From positions 8,370,001 through 8,434,000 of the forward strand of contig CM068762.1 of assembly GCA_035084275.1 (NCBI GenBank): 64,000 bases of DNA, read 5' to 3'. Position numbers and translations under genes: made by a program. Positions 59,764 to 64,000 of this stretch are shown one piece after another. This stretch comes from Hydrolagus colliei (Eukaryota). Positions within the stretch are counted from its first letter, which is position 1; every line of letters starts with the position of its first letter. A model generated the notes under the pieces. The model worked only from the letters and a program-made list of their open reading frames with translations. It searched no databases and was not told the DNA's origin.

Positions 59764-60514
59764 CAAGTTGTTGTTGTTGTAAAATAAAAATGTAGTGTTT
59801 GTGTAGTTTCTAATGCCTGCGCTTAGAAAGATTTACCTTTCAATCAACAAGTATCAATGCCATCCTTTAGGGTAGAGCTCGAGAGGTGTTCACGAGCTTG
59901 GCAGCGTGAAAATTAAATGACTGTACAGTGAGTTAGAGAACCTTGAAATACTGATAGCAGTTACTAACAACAAGCCAGCTCAAACGTATCAATAGATGTA
60001 ATGACTCCTACACTGCAAACATGCCTGTTCATATATTGAAGCAAATCATGAGTAATTTGTCAGTATTACTGACAGTAAGATTCCTACTTCAAGTGCTTTG
60101 GGTTATAAAAATGGAGAAATAGATTTTTTTTTCCACATTGGGTAAATCATTGATTTGCAAGTTAATGTACTGCTAAATAAAACTCAAGTCGCTATTAATT
60201 TGCTGCAAGGTAGTGGGGAAAATAAACACGCACAACGAAAATAGCCTACCGTTAAATAAATAGCATGGTTTACAACTAAATCAGAAACCTTTAACAGCCG
60301 GGGTAACCGATTCGCTACATGCACAGTAATGTGGTATTTTCAGAGCAACATTTTCTTTTCAAATCTGTCCACGTGAGACATCAGCAGCTAATCAATAACT
60401 AATCTCTCATTTGACCATTGAAAGCCCAAACGCTACTTTAACATTGGCTTCTGTGAGGCAGATAAATGCAACCCTGATCGGAATCTCCGTTGGCTCATTT
60501 AAACACTGTAAAAA

Positions 60515-60750
60515 TCCTTGGATTTGAGATAGCACTTTGCAAAGCGCTTCGCAAGATTTACTGTAAAGTCTTGTTTTTGTAGGTAAACACACCAGCCAAT
60601 TTCTCTCACAGTAAAAATCCCATCAACAGTCACAAAGCGATTGAGCAATTTTATCTTGGGGAGTGGGTGGGGGATATTGTTGGTCAGGACACAGGGAGAT
60701 ATTTCCTTTTATCATAATGATCCACAGGATCTTTAATGTATTTGCAGTTG
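60515..60750 (-). mobile_element. Degraded DeuSINE
   Basis: Reverse-complement tail and caggatctttaatg core. Confidence 0.6.
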
Positions 60751-61679
60751 AACAGATAAGTACATTTTCCTGTTCCGCTTTCAGCGAGCAAAACCAGTTT
60801 AGGTTATAAGTTAAATCCGTTATTGGATACTAAGTCACCAAAGAGCCTCAAAGGGCAAAATGTTCGATTTTTATCCCGAGTGAATGTTTCAGCTTTGAAA
60901 CTAATGCTAAATGTACAGCTTGGATTAGGATTCTTTTACAAAAATAAAGTAATTTTATGGGTATTGAATGATTACTTTTACATTAGTTCACTCCACATAA
61001 ATTGCCATCCAGATCAACCCCCAGAATAAAAACTTGCTAAACCTCTTTCGGTCTCTACCCTTTCCCATATTTAGTGACATTTCCGATCTGACCATAGTAA
61101 ATTTTCCAATTTATCAAGTATTTAGGACTTTAGAGTGTTGGCCATCTGTTACACAGGCTTGTCTGTTACAGACTAACCATTTCAAGTGAGAGATTTACGC
61201 TTTGCATCAATTTGATGATTTCATTTCGAATGAGTTGAATTGTGTGTGATTAAAACGGGTTGAAAGTGTTAAAAAAAAAGCGGTTAAAAAAAAATTGAAT
61301 TCTTAATCCTAATAAATTCTGATTCAGGCATAACGTTTCCTCCCAAATAGATTTCATGAGGGTTTTAACCGTACTGTGATATGGAGTTACTGTGCGTGAC
61401 TAATAAATCCTAGTTTTGTTTACCAGGATTCTCTCAGGGAAATCGAGAATATAAAAAGGAGAGCAAAGGAGGATTTTTTTTTTTTTTGGCAAATTCAGCA
61501 GGGAAAGAGAAATAAATTACCAAAGTGACCCAAAATTAAAATGTTTCTCTAGAGCAAGAAAAACTAGCCTCGTCTGCCAAACATCAAAGTTATTTCAATG
61601 ATGTTTTTTTTGAACTTGCTCAGCCTGGCCTCGGATTGATAGCGTTCCGGCCTCTTTGAACTCGTACAGACGCAGCTCA

Positions 61680-61975
61680 CACCGTTGCAGGTGCCGTATT
61701 TTTGGTGTGGCGGTTTCTGCGGATCAGACATTAAATTGAGATGCCATCCGCGTGTTCGGGTTAATGAAGTTAATGATCCCACGGCACGATTGGAAGAGAA
61801 GGGAGTCGGCTCTCAGTCTTCTGGCAACAAACTCCCCACCCACAGATAAAATTAAGCATTCATTTCATGGCTGTTTGTGGGGCATTGCTGTGGACGGTAG
61901 CCAAATGCGCACAGCTGTGTCCCACAAATAGTTGTGGATTGAGTGACCATATTATTATTATTATTATTATTGTTA
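61680..61975. mobile_element. Deu-domain remnant (+) fused to an inverted SINE fragment (-)
   Basis: Deu core up to about 61892, then reverse-complement body from about 61898. Confidence 0.65.
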
Positions 61976-62083
61976 ATTAGTTATTATTATTTAAGTTCAC
62001 GTAGAATTGTGTATAATTCTTAATTAGACTGCTTCATTTAGTTTCTAACTTTGCTCTACTTGCTACTGTGTTCTGCTACTTGC

Positions 62084-62389
62084 GTCCTGTAGCTCAGTAG
62101 TTAAAGCATTTGCCTTACAAGTGTGAGACCTATGTTCAAATCCAGGCAGGTCAGGGCGAAACTGTGGGCAAATTTCTCTACTCCACACGCCTAATAATAA
62201 TCCCTCCAAAAAAAGTATAATAAATTGGTCATTTTAATCCACGACTGTTTGTGGGACACTGCTGTGCGCAACTTGCTGCCGCGATTCTCCCACAAATGTA
62301 GTCAATTCACTTTACAGTATATTCTGTGAAGCGCTTTGAGACATCTAGAAGACGTGAAAAGCACTACATCAAATGCAAGGATTATTACT
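62084..62389 (+). mobile_element. Full-length short SINE
   Basis: A/B boxes, body, tail. Confidence 0.9.
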
Positions 62390-63814
62390 ATCAAGTCTAC
62401 AAATCGAAGCTGTGTTTGGAACAGGTGAAGTACAATGAAGTACAATGCCTGGAGCCCCAGTTCACACCCTTTGCTCTTGGCAATTCTCCAAGATAAGTTG
62501 AGTAACGGACATCGCTCTGGGAAGAGAGAGTGCACATTCCATACTAAGCAAAGGGAAACCATACATATCTCTGAACGGTTTAGGTTTGAATCCTCTTAAT
62601 CAAGTGGGTGAGTTTCCAAGCGTTGTCAAATACACAGTTAATAATCTAGCTTCAAGGAGGCCTCACTTACCTCACTCACAGTCACTAGTTTGATCTGTTA
62701 CACAATGATAAGGATGTAGAGACCAAACTTTGAAAGGATGAAATCAGTGGAGCCAACATACATAAAATAAATTAATCCAATAGCCTTTTCTTCTTCGATG
62801 CCGTCTTACTGTATCCCGTTTAGTCCAGATCATTAGAATCTAATTGGAATACTGTTGTTTAGAGGACTATAGTGTAAATTTAATCTATTTACAGATTGCC
62901 TGACAACATTCCTGCTATTAAACTAATAACCATTGCGTTTGACATAGCGCCTTATCACGTCTTAAATACCAGTGTGATAATCTTTGTATTTTTTTGGGGT
63001 GAAACAATTGCCATCTACTCTTAATTGATTAGCACTTTACTCAGAGCTAATCAGCCTTAAGACATGATTATTCACATTATAGCCATGTGGCGAAACTGGC
63101 CAATGTATTTAAGCGATGAATTGCCAACGTTTTAATCACATTTCCGCACGAGGAAAGCTTGCACCTGGACCTTTATGTTACTTACACTGGCGAGCTCCTG
63201 AGGAGCGGATAAATCATTCTCTCGATTAGAAACTGCACACTCGAGATCCCCACTGTTTAAGTACTCGTTGATGAATGCTTACAATTAATGCTCACTGCAA
63301 TTATGGAAATTGTAGGAAGATACAACATACAGATGATAAACATTGGCAGCGTCTTTAGCCAAGAACTAGAGAACCAATCCTGTGCTTTGCGAGAGGTACA
63401 CAGGTTGAGAAATAAATACTGGAATATTTTCAACTTCAAAGTTTTTATGCGGCTAATCTAGCGTTGAGCAAACATGACGATTTGCTACAGAAATTGTCTT
63501 CTCTGCTGCAGCCCACACTTAGGATTCGAATTGGAATACATTTGTATTCATTTGCAAACGTTTGACAAGCGTTGGAAATGTTTGCAAAACATTTAATCTC
63601 TTATCGTGGGCATTTAATTTGCTGTTGAGTACCTATTGTAAATGAGCAAATATCTGTCTGTTTCAATTCTGATCAAGTGTTCTGAGGTGCTATATAAGGG
63701 CAAGCTGTGGTTGAATCTGATCAAAACTGCTACAAAGGGAATGATACAGATTGAGTGAACGAACAAGGTTAAAATTAGAGCTAGGCCATTTAGGAGTGAA
63801 ATCAGGAGGCAGTT

Positions 63815-63995
63815 ATTCACCCCAAGAGTAGTGGAAACCTTGAAATCTTTCCCCCTAAAACTCCCCTCAGGTTATCAAGGAAATATGGGGTAAAGGCGAG
63901 TAATTAGAGTTTAGGTACAGATCAGCCATGATCTAATGGAAGGCGAAACAGGCTCGAGGGGCTGAATAGCCTAACCTAATTTTACGTTTCTATGT
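63815..63995 (+). mobile_element. CR1 LINE 3' end
   Basis: agagtagtggaaacc...atcaaggaaatatgggg...cagatcagccatgatcta...aggctcgaggggctgaatagcct, CR1-type 3' UTR as recalled from sharks. Confidence 0.75.
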
Positions 63996-64000
63996 GTGCA

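Noticed and set aside
1-64000. Dispersed repeats with palindromic cores as a CRISPR-like array
   Set aside because: Irregular spacing, both orientations, 100-350 nt units with microsatellite tails: retroposons in a eukaryotic genome.
53230-64000. Next downstream gene (PNPLA1 follows BRPF3 in human)
   Set aside because: No recognisable coding exon found; short ORFs such as 58277-58462 lack motifs and splice support.

Overview
Vertebrate genomic DNA, most likely a cartilaginous fish (possibly a holocephalan; inferred from the repeat families and protein divergence, not proven). Two spliced protein-coding genes lie in tandem on the + strand. (1) The 3' part (exons 3-12, 5066-19293) of a p38 gamma/delta-type MAP kinase, called MAPK13 (p38 delta) from delta-type residues and its position directly upstream of BRPF3. 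It has a U12-type minor intron and, unexpectedly, a p38-gamma-like C-terminal PDZ-binding motif (KETPF*). (2) A complete BRPF3 gene: CpG-island promoter at about 23.8-25.6 kb and 12 coding exons at 28678-50861, joining in phase to 3546 nt / 1181 aa with PZP, bromodomain and PWWP regions. Introns and intergenic DNA are dense with tRNA-headed DeuSINE-type SINEs, 5'-truncated L2 LINEs, CR1 remnants and one internally deleted Tigger/pogo transposon. Almost all other ORFs in the track are repeat-derived or spurious. I found no bacterial-type system or CRISPR array. Comparisons to human proteins and repeat consensi are from memory and need checking by alignment; repeat boundaries are approximate.
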